Assembly (NCBI RefSeq): GCF_046105845.1 | Contig: NZ_CP151004.1 | Source: Escherichia coli | GTDB lineage: Bacteria; Pseudomonadota; Gammaproteobacteria; Enterobacterales; Enterobacteriaceae | Reading direction: 5' to 3' (one strand) | Length of the DNA stretch: 64,000 nucleotides | In this document: piece after piece, positions 49,723 to 60,248 of the stretch | Numbering within the stretch: the stretch's first letter is position 1 | How the letters are laid out: each line of letters starts with the position of its first letter | Translations under genes and position numbers: made by a program | Notes under the pieces: generated by a model | The model's database searches: none | Told to the model about the DNA's origin: nothing | Seen by the model: the letters and a program-made list of their open reading frames with translations, nothing else

Positions 49723-51420
49723 ATGGAACCAAAAACAAAAAAACAGCGTTCGCTTTATATCCCTTACGCTGGCCCTGTACTGCTGGAATTTCCGTTGTTG
49801 AATAAAGGCAGCGCCTTCAGCATGGAAGAACGCCGTAACTTCAACCTGCTGGGGTTACTGCCGGAAGTGGTCGAAACCATCGAAGAGCAAGCGGAACGAG
49901 CATGGATCCAGTATCAGGGATTCAAAACCGAAATCGACAAACACATCTACCTGCGTAACATCCAGGACACTAACGAAACCCTCTTCTACCGTCTGGTAAA
50001 CAATCATCTTGATGAGATGATGCCTGTTATTTATACCCCAACCGTCGGCGCAGCCTGTGAGCGTTTTTCTGAGATCTACCGCCGTTCACGCGGCGTGTTT
50101 ATCTCTTACCAGAACCGCCACAATATGGACGATATTCTGCAAAACGTGCCGAACCATAATATTAAAGTGATTGTGGTGACTGACGGTGAACGTATTCTGG
50201 GGCTTGGTGACCAGGGCATCGGCGGGATGGGCATTCCGATCGGTAAACTGTCACTCTATACCGCCTGTGGCGGCATCAGCCCGGCGTATACCCTTCCGGT
50301 GGTGCTGGATGTCGGGACGAACAACCAACAGCTGCTTAACGATCCGCTGTATATGGGCTGGCGTAATCCGCGTATCACTGACGACGAATACTATGAATTC
50401 GTTGATGAATTTATCCAGGCTGTGAAACAACGCTGGCCGGACGTGCTGTTGCAGTTTGAAGACTTCGCACAAAAAAATGCGATGCCGTTACTTAACCGCT
50501 ATCGCAATGAAATTTGTTCCTTTAACGATGACATTCAGGGCACTGCGGCGGTAACAGTCGGCACCCTGATCGCAGCCAGCCGCGCGGCAGGTGGTCAGTT
50601 AAGCGAGAAAAAAATCGTCTTCCTTGGCGCAGGTTCAGCGGGATGCGGCATTGCCGAAATGATCATCGCCCAGACCCAGCGCGAAGGATTAAGCGAGGAA
50701 GCGGCGCGGCAGAAAGTCTTTATGGTCGATCGCTTTGGCCTGCTGACCGACAAGATGCCGAACCTGCTGCCTTTCCAGACCAAACTGGTGCAGAAGCGCG
50801 AAAACCTCAGTGACTGGGATACCAACAGCGATGTGCTGTCACTGCTGGATGTGGTGCGCAATGTAAAACCAGATATTCTGATTGGCGTCTCAGGACAGAC
50901 CGGGCTGTTTACGGAAGAGATCATCCGTGAGATGCATAAACACTGTCCGCGTCCGATCGTGATGCCGCTGTCTAACCCGACTTCACGCGTGGAAGCCACA
51001 CCGCAGGACATTATCGCCTGGACTGAAGGTAACGCGCTGGTCGCCACTGGCAGTCCGTTTAACCCAGTGGTATGGAAAGATAAAATCTACCCTATCGCCC
51101 AGTGTAACAACGCCTTTATTTTCCCGGGCATCGGGCTGGGCGTTATTGCTTCCGGTGCGTCACGTATCACCGATGAGATGCTGATGTCGGCAAGTGAAAC
51201 GCTTGCTCAGTATTCGCCGCTGGTGCTGAACGGCGAAGGTCTGGTACTACCGGAACTGAAAGATATTCAGAAAGTCTCCCGCGCAATTGCGTTTGCGGTT
51301 GGCAAAATGGCGCAGCAGCAAGGCGTGGCGGTGAAAACCTCCGCCGAAGCTCTGCAACAGGCCATTGATGATAATTTCTGGCAAGCCGAATACCGCGACT
51401 ACCGCCGTACCTCCATCTAA
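49723..51420 (+). CDS. maeA: NAD-dependent malic enzyme
   Basis: 565-aa from [29 protein letters not shown]…; an upstream in-frame ATG at 49687 is possible but gives a non-conserved extension. Confidence 0.95.
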   Translation: MEPKTKKQRSLYIPYAGPVLLEFPLLNKGSAFSMEERRNFNLLGLLPEVVETIEEQAERAWIQYQGFKTEIDKHIYLRNIQDTNETLFYRLVNNHLDEMMPVIYTPTVGAACERFSEIYRRSRGVFISYQNRHNMDDILQNVPNHNIKVIVVTDGERILGLGDQGIGGMGIPIGKLSLYTACGGISPAYTLPVVLDVGTNNQQLLNDPLYMGWRNPRITDDEYYEFVDEFIQAVKQRWPDVLLQFEDFAQKNAMPLLNRYRNEICSFNDDIQGTAAVTVGTLIAASRAAGGQLSEKKIVFLGAGSAGCGIAEMIIAQTQREGLSEEAARQKVFMVDRFGLLTDKMPNLLPFQTKLVQKRENLSDWDTNSDVLSLLDVVRNVKPDILIGVSGQTGLFTEEIIREMHKHCPRPIVMPLSNPTSRVEATPQDIIAWTEGNALVATGSPFNPVVWKDKIYPIAQCNNAFIFPGIGLGVIASGASRITDEMLMSASETLAQYSPLVLNGEGLVLPELKDIQKVSRAIAFAVGKMAQQQGVAVKTSAEALQQAIDDNFWQAEYRDYRRTSI

Positions 51421-51553
51421 GCCTGCGCCCGGTAGTGAAGGCTACCGGGCAATTTCCCTCTCCCTTTTTCAGATCTCATCCATACTGGGTAGTGGCGAAT
51501 AAATCTCATTTGCCTCACCTGCTATGCAGAACATCATCCGAAAAGGAGGAACT

Positions 51554-52564
51554 ATGAAGGCTGCAGTTGTTACGAAGGATCATCATGTTGACGTTACGGA
51601 TAAAACACTGCGCTCACTGAAACATGGCGAAGCCCTGCTGAAAATGGAGTGTTGTGGTGTATGTCATACCGATCTTCATGTTAAGAATGGCGATTTTGGT
51701 GACAAAACCGGCGTAATTCTGGGCCATGAAGGCATCGGTGTGGTGGCAGAAGTTGGCCCAGGTGTCACCTCATTAAAACCAGGCGATCGTGCCAGCGTGG
51801 CGTGGTTTTACGAAGGATGCGGTCATTGCGAATACTGTAACAGTGGTAACGAAACGCTCTGCCGTTCAGTTAAAAATGCCGGATACAGCGTTGATGGCGG
51901 GATGGCGGAAGAGTGCATCGTGGTCGCTGATTACGCGGTAAAAGTGCCAGATGGTCTGGACTCGGCGGCGGCCAGCAGCATTACCTGTGCGGGGGTCACC
52001 ACCTACAAAGCCGTTAAGCTGTCAAAAATTCGTCCAGGGCAGTGGATTGCTATCTACGGTCTTGGCGGTCTGGGTAACCTCGCCCTGCAATACGCGAAGA
52101 ATGTCTTTAACGCCAAAGTGATCGCCATTGATGTCAATGATGAGCAGTTAAAACTGGCAACCGAAATGGGCGCTGATTTAGCGATTAACTCACGCACTGA
52201 AGACGCCGCCAAAATTGTGCAGGAAAAAACCGGTGGCGCTCACGCCGCGGTGGTGACAGCAGTAGCTAAAGCTGCGTTTAACTCGGCGGTTGATGCTGTA
52301 CGAGCAGGCGGTCGTGTTGTGGCTGTCGGTCTGCCGCCGGAGTCAATGAGCCTGGACATCCCACGCCTTGTGCTGGATGGTATTGAAGTGGTCGGTTCGC
52401 TGGTCGGCACGCGCCAGGATCTAACCGAAGCCTTCCAGTTTGCCGCCGAAGGCAAAGTGGTGCCGAAAGTCGCCCTGCGTCCGTTAGCGGACATCAACAC
52501 CATCTTTACTGAGATGGAAGAAGGCAAAATCCGTGGCCGTATGGTGATTGATTTCCGCCGCTAA
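51554..52564 (+). CDS. adhP: Zn-dependent alcohol dehydrogenase (propanol-preferring)
   Basis: 336-aa product [15 protein letters not shown]…; Zn ligand motifs ([15 protein letters not shown]); RBS AAGGAGG. Confidence 0.95.
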   Translation: MKAAVVTKDHHVDVTDKTLRSLKHGEALLKMECCGVCHTDLHVKNGDFGDKTGVILGHEGIGVVAEVGPGVTSLKPGDRASVAWFYEGCGHCEYCNSGNETLCRSVKNAGYSVDGGMAEECIVVADYAVKVPDGLDSAAASSITCAGVTTYKAVKLSKIRPGQWIAIYGLGGLGNLALQYAKNVFNAKVIAIDVNDEQLKLATEMGADLAINSRTEDAAKIVQEKTGGAHAAVVTAVAKAAFNSAVDAVRAGGRVVAVGLPPESMSLDIPRLVLDGIEVVGSLVGTRQDLTEAFQFAAEGKVVPKVALRPLADINTIFTEMEEGKIRGRMVIDFRR

Positions 52565-52680
52565 GAGGCCTTTGCTGCGACTGCCATGTTCGGGTCGCAG
52601 CATCGCACACTCTCCAACATGAAATGGCTAAATGGATTATTGTTGCGTAGGAAGGAACGCTACTGAGAGTAAAGACACTA

Positions 52681-52965
52681 ATGAAAATGGCCAATCATCC
52701 CCGCCCGGGGGACATTATTCAGGAATCACTGGACGAACTTAATGTCAGCCTGCGCGAGTTTGCCAGAGCAATGGAAATTGCGCCCTCAACGGCAAGCCGA
52801 TTGCTGACCGGAAAAGCAGCTTTGACACCAGAAATGGCGATTAAACTTTCCGTGGTGATCGGCAGTTCGCCGCAAATGTGGCTGAATCTGCAAAACGCCT
52901 GGAGTCTGGCAGAGGCAGAAAAAACGGTGGATGTGTCGCGATTACGCCGTCTGGTTACGCAATAA
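52681..52965 (+). CDS. yddM: HigA-like (Xre-family HTH) antitoxin-type DNA-binding protein, solitary
   Basis: 94-aa ORF with HTH (…[40 protein letters not shown]…); position between adhP and fdnI matches K-12 yddM. Confidence 0.8.
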
Positions 52966-52997
52966 AAAAAATGGCGCTTCTTAAAGCGCCATTTTCA
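52965..52997. terminator. Bidirectional Rho-independent terminator between yddM (+) and fdnI (-)
   Basis: AAAAAAATGGCGCTT-CTTA-AAGCGCCATTTT: hairpin flanked by A tract upstream and T tract downstream. Confidence 0.8.
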
Positions 52998-53016
52998 GCT
53001 TAAAGTTCAAAAGAGA

Positions 53017-53670
53017 TTATATCCCTTCTTCACTCTCTTTTTTCGCTTCTGCCTTCTCGATTTCACGATACCAGCGCGGATGGTGTTTCTTCGCCCAGCG
53101 ACGGCTCACCTTTCCTTCGATCATCCCTTTAATCGATCCTTTCACCCAGAATGCCATATACATATGGATCAGGATGGCGTGGATCAGGATGATACCCGCA
53201 GCCGCGTGGATCAGCAGGCTATAACGGACAACCTGTATCGGGAAGTACTGCGCAAAGTACGGACGCCAGATAATCACCCCGGTCACCAGCAGCACGAAAA
53301 TCATGCTCATGATCGACCAGAACATCATCTTTTGCCCGGCGTTGTACTTACCGACATCCGCCACTTTGTGCTCATTGCCTTTTAATACTTCGACAATGTT
53401 CAACAGCCACGGAATATCTTTCTTATCCGGGATGTTGTGATGCACAAAACGCACAAACATAAACATCAGCGCGACGAAAATCGCAATGCCGAAGAACGGG
53501 TGCAAAATGCGCCCCATCTGCGGCGTACCGAAGGTTTGCGTCAGCCATTGCAGCGTCGGGAAGAAGAACGAAATCCCGGACAGCGCCACCAGGAAGAAGC
53601 AAATCACCACGGTCCAGTGACAGGCGCGATCAATAAATTTGGTGCGCACAATCATTTTCGACTTACTCAT
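53017..53670 (-). CDS. fdnI: Formate dehydrogenase-N gamma subunit (cytochrome b556)
   Basis: 217-aa from [28 protein letters not shown]…; the ORF-track entry (to 53712) carries a non-native N-terminal extension overlapping fdnH. Confidence 0.9.
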   Translation of the reverse strand: MSKSKMIVRTKFIDRACHWTVVICFFLVALSGISFFFPTLQWLTQTFGTPQMGRILHPFFGIAIFVALMFMFVRFVHHNIPDKKDIPWLLNIVEVLKGNEHKVADVGKYNAGQKMMFWSIMSMIFVLLVTGVIIWRPYFAQYFPIQVVRYSLLIHAAAGIILIHAILIHMYMAFWVKGSIKGMIEGKVSRRWAKKHHPRWYREIEKAEAKKESEEGI

Positions 53671-54547
53671 GATGATCCTCCTCGTCATCGTCCACTTCCT
53701 TATTCGGGCCAATACCGATGTAGTGGAAAATCAACCCGGCAAAAGTGGCAATAAAGCCAGCCGCTGCCAGCGGTTTCAACGCGCCTTTCCACAGGCTTAC
53801 CGAGGTGTCGATCTTCGGATCTTTCGGCAGACCATGATACAGCTCCGGCTGATCGGCGTGATGCAGCACGTACATGACATGCGTACCACCGACCCCTTCC
53901 GGGTTGTAGACGCCAGCATGTTCGTAACCACGCGCTTTCAGTTTCGCCACGCGCTGTTCCGCCAGCTCCAGCATCTCCTTCTTGGTGCCGAAGTGGATAG
54001 CCCCGGTCGGACAGGTTTTCACACAAGCCGGTTCCTGGCCGACGCTGACGCGATCGACGCAGAGCGTGCATTTATATACCCGGTTATCCTCTTTGTTGAG
54101 GCGCGGAATATTAAACGGACACCCGGCAATGCAGTAACCACAGCCGATGCAGTTTTCCGACTGGAAATCGACAATCCCGTTAGCGTACTGAATGATTGCA
54201 CCAGCAGACGGGCACGCCTTCAGGCAGCCCGGATCTTCACAGTGCATACAGCCGTCTTTACGGATCAGCCACTCCAGCTTGCCGTTCTGTTCGGTTTCGC
54301 TAAAGCGCATCACCGTCCAGGACTTGGCGCTCAGATCGGCGGGGTTATCGTAAACCCCGACGCAGTGCCCCACTTCATCACGGATGTCGTTCCACTCCGA
54401 ACATGCCACCTGACAGGCTTTACAGCCGATACAGGTGGAAACGTCGATAAGTTTCGCGACTTCTGCTTTGTAATCACGCACCTGAGAAGGCGGCGTGATG
54501 GAGTTAGTTGCGGACCTTTTGATAATGTCCTGCGTTTCCATAGCCAT
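53663..54547 (-). CDS. fdnH: Formate dehydrogenase-N beta subunit (4x[4Fe-4S])
   Basis: 294-aa [49 protein letters not shown]…; multiple CxxCxxCxxxCP ferredoxin motifs. Confidence 0.95.
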   Translation of the reverse strand: MAMETQDIIKRSATNSITPPSQVRDYKAEVAKLIDVSTCIGCKACQVACSEWNDIRDEVGHCVGVYDNPADLSAKSWTVMRFSETEQNGKLEWLIRKDGCMHCEDPGCLKACPSAGAIIQYANGIVDFQSENCIGCGYCIAGCPFNIPRLNKEDNRVYKCTLCVDRVSVGQEPACVKTCPTGAIHFGTKKEMLELAEQRVAKLKARGYEHAGVYNPEGVGGTHVMYVLHHADQPELYHGLPKDPKIDTSVSLWKGALKPLAAAGFIATFAGLIFHYIGIGPNKEVDDDEEDHHE

Positions 54548-54559
54548 CTGTTCGCCCCC

Positions 54560-57500
54560 TTACGCCTTCTCGATGTTTACTAAGAACGCTTTATATTCCG
54601 GCGTTTGCGAGTTTGCATCACCGACATTAGGCGTCAGAGTGTTAGCGATGTAACCTTTACGCGCGACACCCTCAAAGCCCCAGTGGATTGGAATACCCAC
54701 CGTTTCAACCTGCTGACCGTTTACATTCAGCGGCTTCAGACGGCGCGTTACCACAGCCACCGCGCGGATAAAACCACGCTTGCTGGAGACAGTGACACGA
54801 TCGCCATTATTAATGCCTTTCGCCGCCGCCAGCGTTTCGCTGATTTCCACAAACTGTTCCGGCTGAGCAATTGCGTTGAGCAACGCGTGCTTGGTCCAGG
54901 TGTGGAAGTGCTCGGTCAGACGATAGGTCGTACCCACATACGGGAACTGCTCTTTTTTACCCATCCGCAGCGCGTCTTGTTCATACAGACGAACCACCGG
55001 GTTAGACACCACGTTCGGATGCAGCGGGTTAGTGCCCAGCGGCGTTTCAATCGGCTCGTAGTGTTCCGGGAACGGACCTTCCGCCATTTTGTTGATGGCA
55101 AACAGGCGTCCCATCCCTTCCGGCTGCATGATAAACGGTCCGGTTAGTGTACCTGGCGCGGCATTGCCGAAGTCCGGAATATCGTTACCCGTCCACTTGC
55201 TGCCGTTCCACTGGATCAGCATCCGTTTCGGATCCCACGGTTTACCGTTGATATCCGCCGAAGCACGGTTGTACAGCACGCGACGGTTGAGCGGCCACGC
55301 CCAGGCCCATCCCAGCGTATTCCCCAGACCGGACGGGTCGGAGTTATCGCGGTTAGCCATCTGGTTGCCCTGCTCTGTCCAGCTACCAGTGTAGATCCAG
55401 CAAGAAGATGCGGTTGTACCGTCATCACGCAGATGCGCAAAGCTACTCAGCAACTGACCTTTCTTCGCAATCAGCACGCCATTAGCATCATAGAGATCTT
55501 CCAGCGCATAGCCGTTGTTCTCTTTAGCTACTTCGTCAGATTGCGGTTCGTGCGGCTGCTTGTAGTTCCAGCTCATCTTCATCAGCGGTTCTACGCCTTT
55601 GCCACCTTCGGCCTGGTACAACTCGCGCAGATGATGGTAGATACCCGCCAGAATTTCGCCGTCGTTACGCGCTTCGCCCGGCGCGTCCTGACCTTTCCAG
55701 TGCCACTGCAACCAGCGACCGGAGTTAGCGATAGAACCATCTTCTTCAGCAAAGCAGGTCGAAGGCAGACGGAATACTTCAGTCTGAATAGACGCCGGAT
55801 CGACATCGTTCGACTCGCCGTGGTTCTGCCAGAAGGTTGAGGTTTCAGTCACCAGCGGATCGATAACCACCATGTACTTCAGTTTGCTCAGGCAGCTCAC
55901 CACTTTGTTTTTGTCCGGGAAGGACGCAACCGGGTTAAAGCCCTGGCAGAAATAACCGGTGACTTTGCCTTCGTCCATCATGTTGAAATACTTGATGACG
56001 TCGTAGGTCTGGTCCCACTTCGGCAGCCAGTCGTAGCCCCAGTTGTTTTCTTTCTGCGCGGCATCGCCATAGAAAGATTTCATCAGGCTAACGAAGAACT
56101 TCGGATAGTTGCTCCAGTAGTTCACCTGATCAGCCAGCGTCGCTTTCGGCGTATTCGCTTCCAGATACGACTGCAAATCAACCTGTTTTTCTGACGGCAG
56201 CGTCAGATAACCCGGCAGGCTGGTTGAGAGCAGACCTAAGTCGGTCAGCCCCTGAATGTTGGAGTGACCACGCAATGCGTTCACGCCGCCACCGGCCATA
56301 CCCATGTTACCGAGCAGTAACTGGATCATCGCCATAGTACGGATGTTCTGCGCACCCACGGTGTGCTGCGTCCAGCCCAGCGCGTAAAGGAAGGTGGTTG
56401 TGCGATCCGGTGCGCTGGTGGAGGCCAGCACTTCACACACTTTCAGGAAGTCGGCTTTTGGCGTACCACAGATGTTTTCTACTACGTCCGGCGTGTAGCG
56501 GGAAACGTGCTCTTTCAGCAAGTTCCACACACAGCGCGGATGAGTCAGTGTTTCATCGCGTTTCGCATAGCCGTTTTCATCGAACTGATAGTTCCAGGAC
56601 GATTTATCGTATTGACGTTTTTCAGCGTCGTAGCCGCTGAACAGACCGTCTTCGAAAGCAAAATCATCACGCACCAGCAGACTGGCGTTGGTGTAATGCT
56701 TAACGTATTCGGCGTTGATTTTGTTGTTTTCGATCAGGTAGCGCAAAACGCCAGACAGGAACGTAATGTCCGTACCGGAACGAATAGGTGCGTAAATATC
56801 CGCTACAGAAGCGGTACGCGTAAAACGGGGATCGACAACGATCAAGGTTGCATCGTTGTTGTTTTTCGCTTCCATCGCCCAGCGGAAACCGACGGGATGC
56901 GCTTCAGCAGCGTTACCACCCATCACCATTACGACGTTAGCGTTTTTGATATCCACCCAGTGGTTGGTCATCGCACCGCGACCAAATGTTGGAGCAAGAC
57001 TTGCTACCGTTGGTCCGTGTCAGACGCGCGCCTGGTTGTCTACCGCCAGCATCCCGAGGGAGCGGGCAAATTTTTGAGTCAGCATCCCGGTTTCGTTGCT
57101 GGCACCGGAGGCACACAGCATACCGGTAGAAAGCCAACGGTTTACCGTTACGCCCTGCTCGTTCTTTTCAATAAAGTTAGCGTCACGGTCAGCTTTCATC
57201 AGCTTGGCAATACGGGAGAATGCTTCATCCCAGCTAATGCGCTGCCATTTATCAGAACCTGGCGCACGATATTCCGGGTAGCGCAGACGGTTTTCGCTGT
57301 TGACGTAATCCAGCAAACCGGCCCCTTTCGGGCACAGCGCACCACGGCTTACCGGATGATCCGGGTCACCTTCAATGTGATAAATCGCTTCTCTGGCGTT
57401 TTTCGCGCCATCACCCAGGCTATACATCAATAGCCCGCAACCTACGGAACAGTATGTGCAGGTGTTACGGATCTCTTTCGCGCGTAATAATTTATAGTTT

Positions 57501-57607
57501 CGCGCCTGAGCCAGTGCTTGCTTCGGGGCAAAGCCCAATGCCGCTACCGTTGTTCCAGCCATACCGCCCGCGCAGATTTTAAAAAATTGTCTGCGACTGA
57601 CGTCCAT
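54560..57607 (-). CDS. fdnG: Formate dehydrogenase-N alpha subunit, selenoprotein (Tat signal; in-frame UGA = Sec)
   Basis: Two ORF-track pieces (57020..57607 and 54560..56971) are one 1015-codon frame interrupted only by TGA at 57020..57022 (minus strand); N-terminus MDVSRRQFFK (twin-arginine); sequence continues …VDNQARV-U-HGPTVASLAPTFGRGAMTNHW…. Confidence 0.9.
56975..57019 (-). other. Predicted SECIS region immediately 3' of the fdnG UGA codon
   Basis: mRNA 3' of UGA reads CACGGACCAACGGUAGCAAGUCUUGCUCCAACAUUUGGUCGCGG with a short AGCAAG/CUUGCU hairpin; bacterial SECIS elements lie directly downstream of the Sec codon. Exact fold not computed. Confidence 0.5.
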
Positions 57608-57671
57608 TGCTTTCCTCTTTTTTCAGGGGTATTACTGCGCGAGGAAACTAACAGCAAAATTCTGAATCTTT

Positions 57672-57685
57672 TTGCGCGAAATCAA
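57672..57685. promoter_or_regulatory. FNR-like site TTGCG-N4-ATCAA in fdnG promoter
   Basis: Close match to FNR consensus TTGAT-N4-ATCAA, about 65-80 bp upstream of fdnG start; fdnGHI is anaerobically induced. Confidence 0.5.
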
Positions 57686-57732
57686 AAAGAACACGTGTTT
57701 GCCACAAAATAATCCGCCTGCGCAAATTGACC

Positions 57733-57749
57733 TACCTCAATAGCGGTAG
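57733..57749. promoter_or_regulatory. Candidate NarL heptamer pair (TACCTCA-AT-AGCGGTAG, 7-2-7-like) upstream of fdnG
   Basis: Inverted TACYYMT-like heptamers separated by 2-3 bp; fdnG is nitrate/NarL activated. Motif match is approximate. Confidence 0.35.
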
Positions 57750-57838
57750 AAAAACGCACCGCTGCCTGACAGGCCAGTTAAAAAAATGCTATAAAATTCA
57801 GCTTAATTTTTAACGGCAAGAGAGACAAAACAGCGAGC

Positions 57839-58720
57839 ATGACACGACAAAAAGCAACGCTCATAGGGCTAATAGCGATCGTCCTGTGGAGCACGATGGT
57901 AGGATTGATTCGCGGTGTCAGTGAGGGGCTCGGCCCGGTCGGCGGCGCAGCTGCTATCTATTCATTAAGCGGGCTGCTGTTAATCTTCACGGTTGGATTT
58001 CCGCGTATTCGGCAGATCCCGAAAGGCTATTTACTCGCCGGGTGTCTGTTATTCGTCAGCTATGAAATCTGTCTGGCGCTTTCCTTAGGATATGCGGCGA
58101 CCCGTCATCAGGCGATTGAAGTGGGTATGGTGAACTATCTGTGGCCCAGCCTGACAATTCTCTTTGCCATTCTGTTTAATGGTCAGAAAACCAACTGGCT
58201 GATTGTACCAGGATTATTATTAGCCCTGGTTGGCGTCTGCTGGGTGTTAGGTGGTGACAATGGATTACATTATGATGAAATCATCAATAATATCACCACC
58301 AGCCCATTGAGTTATTTCCTGTCGTTTATTGGTGCGTTTATCTGGGCAGCCTACTGCACAGTAACGAATAAATACGCACGCGGATTTAACGGAATTACCG
58401 TTTTTGTCCTGCTAACTGGAGCAAGTCTGTGGGTTTACTATTTTCTCACGCCACAACCAGAAATGGTATTTAGCACGCCAGTCATGATTAAACTCATCTC
58501 TGCGGCATTTACCTTAGGATTTGCTTATGCTGCATGGAACGTCGGTATATTACATGGCAACGTCACCATTATGGCGGTAGGTTCGTATTTTACGCCCGTC
58601 CTTTCCTCAGCGCTTGCAGCCGTGCTGCTCAGCGCCCCGCTGTCGTTCTCGTTCTGGCAAGGCGCGCTAATGGTCTGCGGCGGTTCCCTGCTCTGCTGGC
58701 TGGCGACACGTCGTGGCTAA
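57839..58720 (+). CDS. yddG: Aromatic amino acid exporter (DMT superfamily)
   Basis: 293-aa 10-TM protein MTRQKATLIGLIAIVLWSTMVGLIRG…; matches K-12 YddG. Confidence 0.95.
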   Translation: MTRQKATLIGLIAIVLWSTMVGLIRGVSEGLGPVGGAAAIYSLSGLLLIFTVGFPRIRQIPKGYLLAGCLLFVSYEICLALSLGYAATRHQAIEVGMVNYLWPSLTILFAILFNGQKTNWLIVPGLLLALVGVCWVLGGDNGLHYDEIINNITTSPLSYFLSFIGAFIWAAYCTVTNKYARGFNGITVFVLLTGASLWVYYFLTPQPEMVFSTPVMIKLISAAFTLGFAYAAWNVGILHGNVTIMAVGSYFTPVLSSALAAVLLSAPLSFSFWQGALMVCGGSLLCWLATRRG

Positions 58721-58978
58721 AATAATTGTCGGGTCTACGGCCCGGCAGTTAATCAGATAAATTCCGACAATATAAAAAAATAAATTTCAAATACCAGTAG
58801 TTCACCTTATATTTCATTTCGACTTCGATCACATATCGATAAATAATATTATTTCATCTATTTTTCTCATTGTTTTTAATCACCATTCTATTTTAAAAAC
58901 AGTATGTCATTTATAAATGACGCCGTTTAAAATTCGTTTAGAAAATACGTTTAACGATAATTAAAAGGATTCTGTTAA

Positions 58979-60079
58979 ATGAAATTAAAAATAGTTGCGG
59001 TGGTTGTAACTGGTTTGTTAGCTGCGAACGTAGCACACGCTGCCGAAGTCTATAACAAGGATGGTAATAAACTCGACCTTTATGGCAAGGTTACCGCTCT
59101 ACGTTATTTTACTGATGATAAGCGTGACGATGGTGATAAAACTTATGCCCGTCTCGGCTTTAAAGGAGAAACGCAAATCAATGATCAAATGATTGGTTTT
59201 GGTCACTGGGAATATGATTTTAAAGGCTATAACGATGAAGCCAACGGCTCGCGCGGTAACAAGACCCGTCTGGCCTATGCAGGTTTAAAAATTAGTGAAT
59301 TTGGCTCTCTGGACTATGGTCGTAACTACGGTGTCGGCTATGACATTGGTTCATGGACCGATATGTTGCCAGAATTTGGTGGCGATACCTGGAGTCAGAA
59401 AGATGTCTTCATGACATACCGTACTACCGGTGTGGCAACCTATCGCAACTACGATTTCTTCGGCTTAATTGAAGGTCTGAACTTTGCCGCGCAATATCAA
59501 GGCAAAAATGAACGCACTGACAATGGTCATCTTTATGGTGCTGACTACACGCGTGCCAATGGTGACGGTTTCGGTATCTCCTCAACTTATGTTTATGATG
59601 GCTTTGGTATCGGTGCGGTGTATACCAAATCCGATCGGACAAATGCGCAGGAAAGAGCCGCTGCTAATCCTCTCAATGCCTCCGGTAAGAATGCAGAACT
59701 GTGGGCTACAGGTATAAAATATGATGCCAACAACATCTACTTTGCAGCTAATTACGCTGAAACATTAAACATGACCACCTATGGCGATGGTTATATCTCT
59801 AACAAAGCACAAAGTTTTGAAGTAGTGGCACAATATCAATTCGACTTCGGCTTGCGCCCATCACTCGCTTACCTGAAATCGAAAGGCAGAGATCTGGGCC
59901 GCTACGGCGACCAGGACATGATTGAGTATATCGACGTTGGTGCGACGTATTTCTTCAACAAAAATATGTCGACCTATGTTGATTATAAAATCAACCTGAT
60001 TGATGAAAGCGACTTTACCCGTGCCGTAGATATTCGCACCGATAACATCGTCGCAACGGGCATTACCTATCAGTTCTAA
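58979..60079 (+). CDS. yddL: General bacterial porin, OmpC/OmpF/PhoE family (full length, 366 aa)
   Basis: Signal peptide [21 protein letters not shown] then [17 protein letters not shown]…, ends …GITYQF (C-terminal Phe); position matches yddL, which I recall as a fragment in K-12. Confidence 0.8.
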   Translation: MKLKIVAVVVTGLLAANVAHAAEVYNKDGNKLDLYGKVTALRYFTDDKRDDGDKTYARLGFKGETQINDQMIGFGHWEYDFKGYNDEANGSRGNKTRLAYAGLKISEFGSLDYGRNYGVGYDIGSWTDMLPEFGGDTWSQKDVFMTYRTTGVATYRNYDFFGLIEGLNFAAQYQGKNERTDNGHLYGADYTRANGDGFGISSTYVYDGFGIGAVYTKSDRTNAQERAAANPLNASGKNAELWATGIKYDANNIYFAANYAETLNMTTYGDGYISNKAQSFEVVAQYQFDFGLRPSLAYLKSKGRDLGRYGDQDMIEYIDVGATYFFNKNMSTYVDYKINLIDESDFTRAVDIRTDNIVATGITYQF

Positions 60080-60091
60080 CATCCTCTCCTG

Positions 60092-60118
60092 ACCAGCCCT
60101 TCTCTGGGCTGGTTTTTG
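60092..60118 (+). terminator. Rho-independent terminator after porin gene
   Basis: ACCAGCCC-TTCTCT-GGGCTGGT followed by TTTTTGATTT. Confidence 0.85.
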
Positions 60119-60248
60119 ATTTAAGTGCTGCTGTATGACTCCTTAAGTAAAAATGAGCAATTTTTGATATTTCTGGTCATTCACCTCAATTAATATTATT
60201 CCATACCCTCCGGGGACATCTTACTATAATATTTATTGATGAGTGATT

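Noticed and set aside
53639-54583. 314-aa + strand ORF overlapping fdnH
   Set aside because: Antisense to fdnH, whose minus-strand product has four canonical Fe-S cluster motifs; the + frame translation is Arg-rich nonsense.
56363-57433. 356-aa + strand ORF overlapping fdnG
   Set aside because: Antisense to fdnG; no independent signals.
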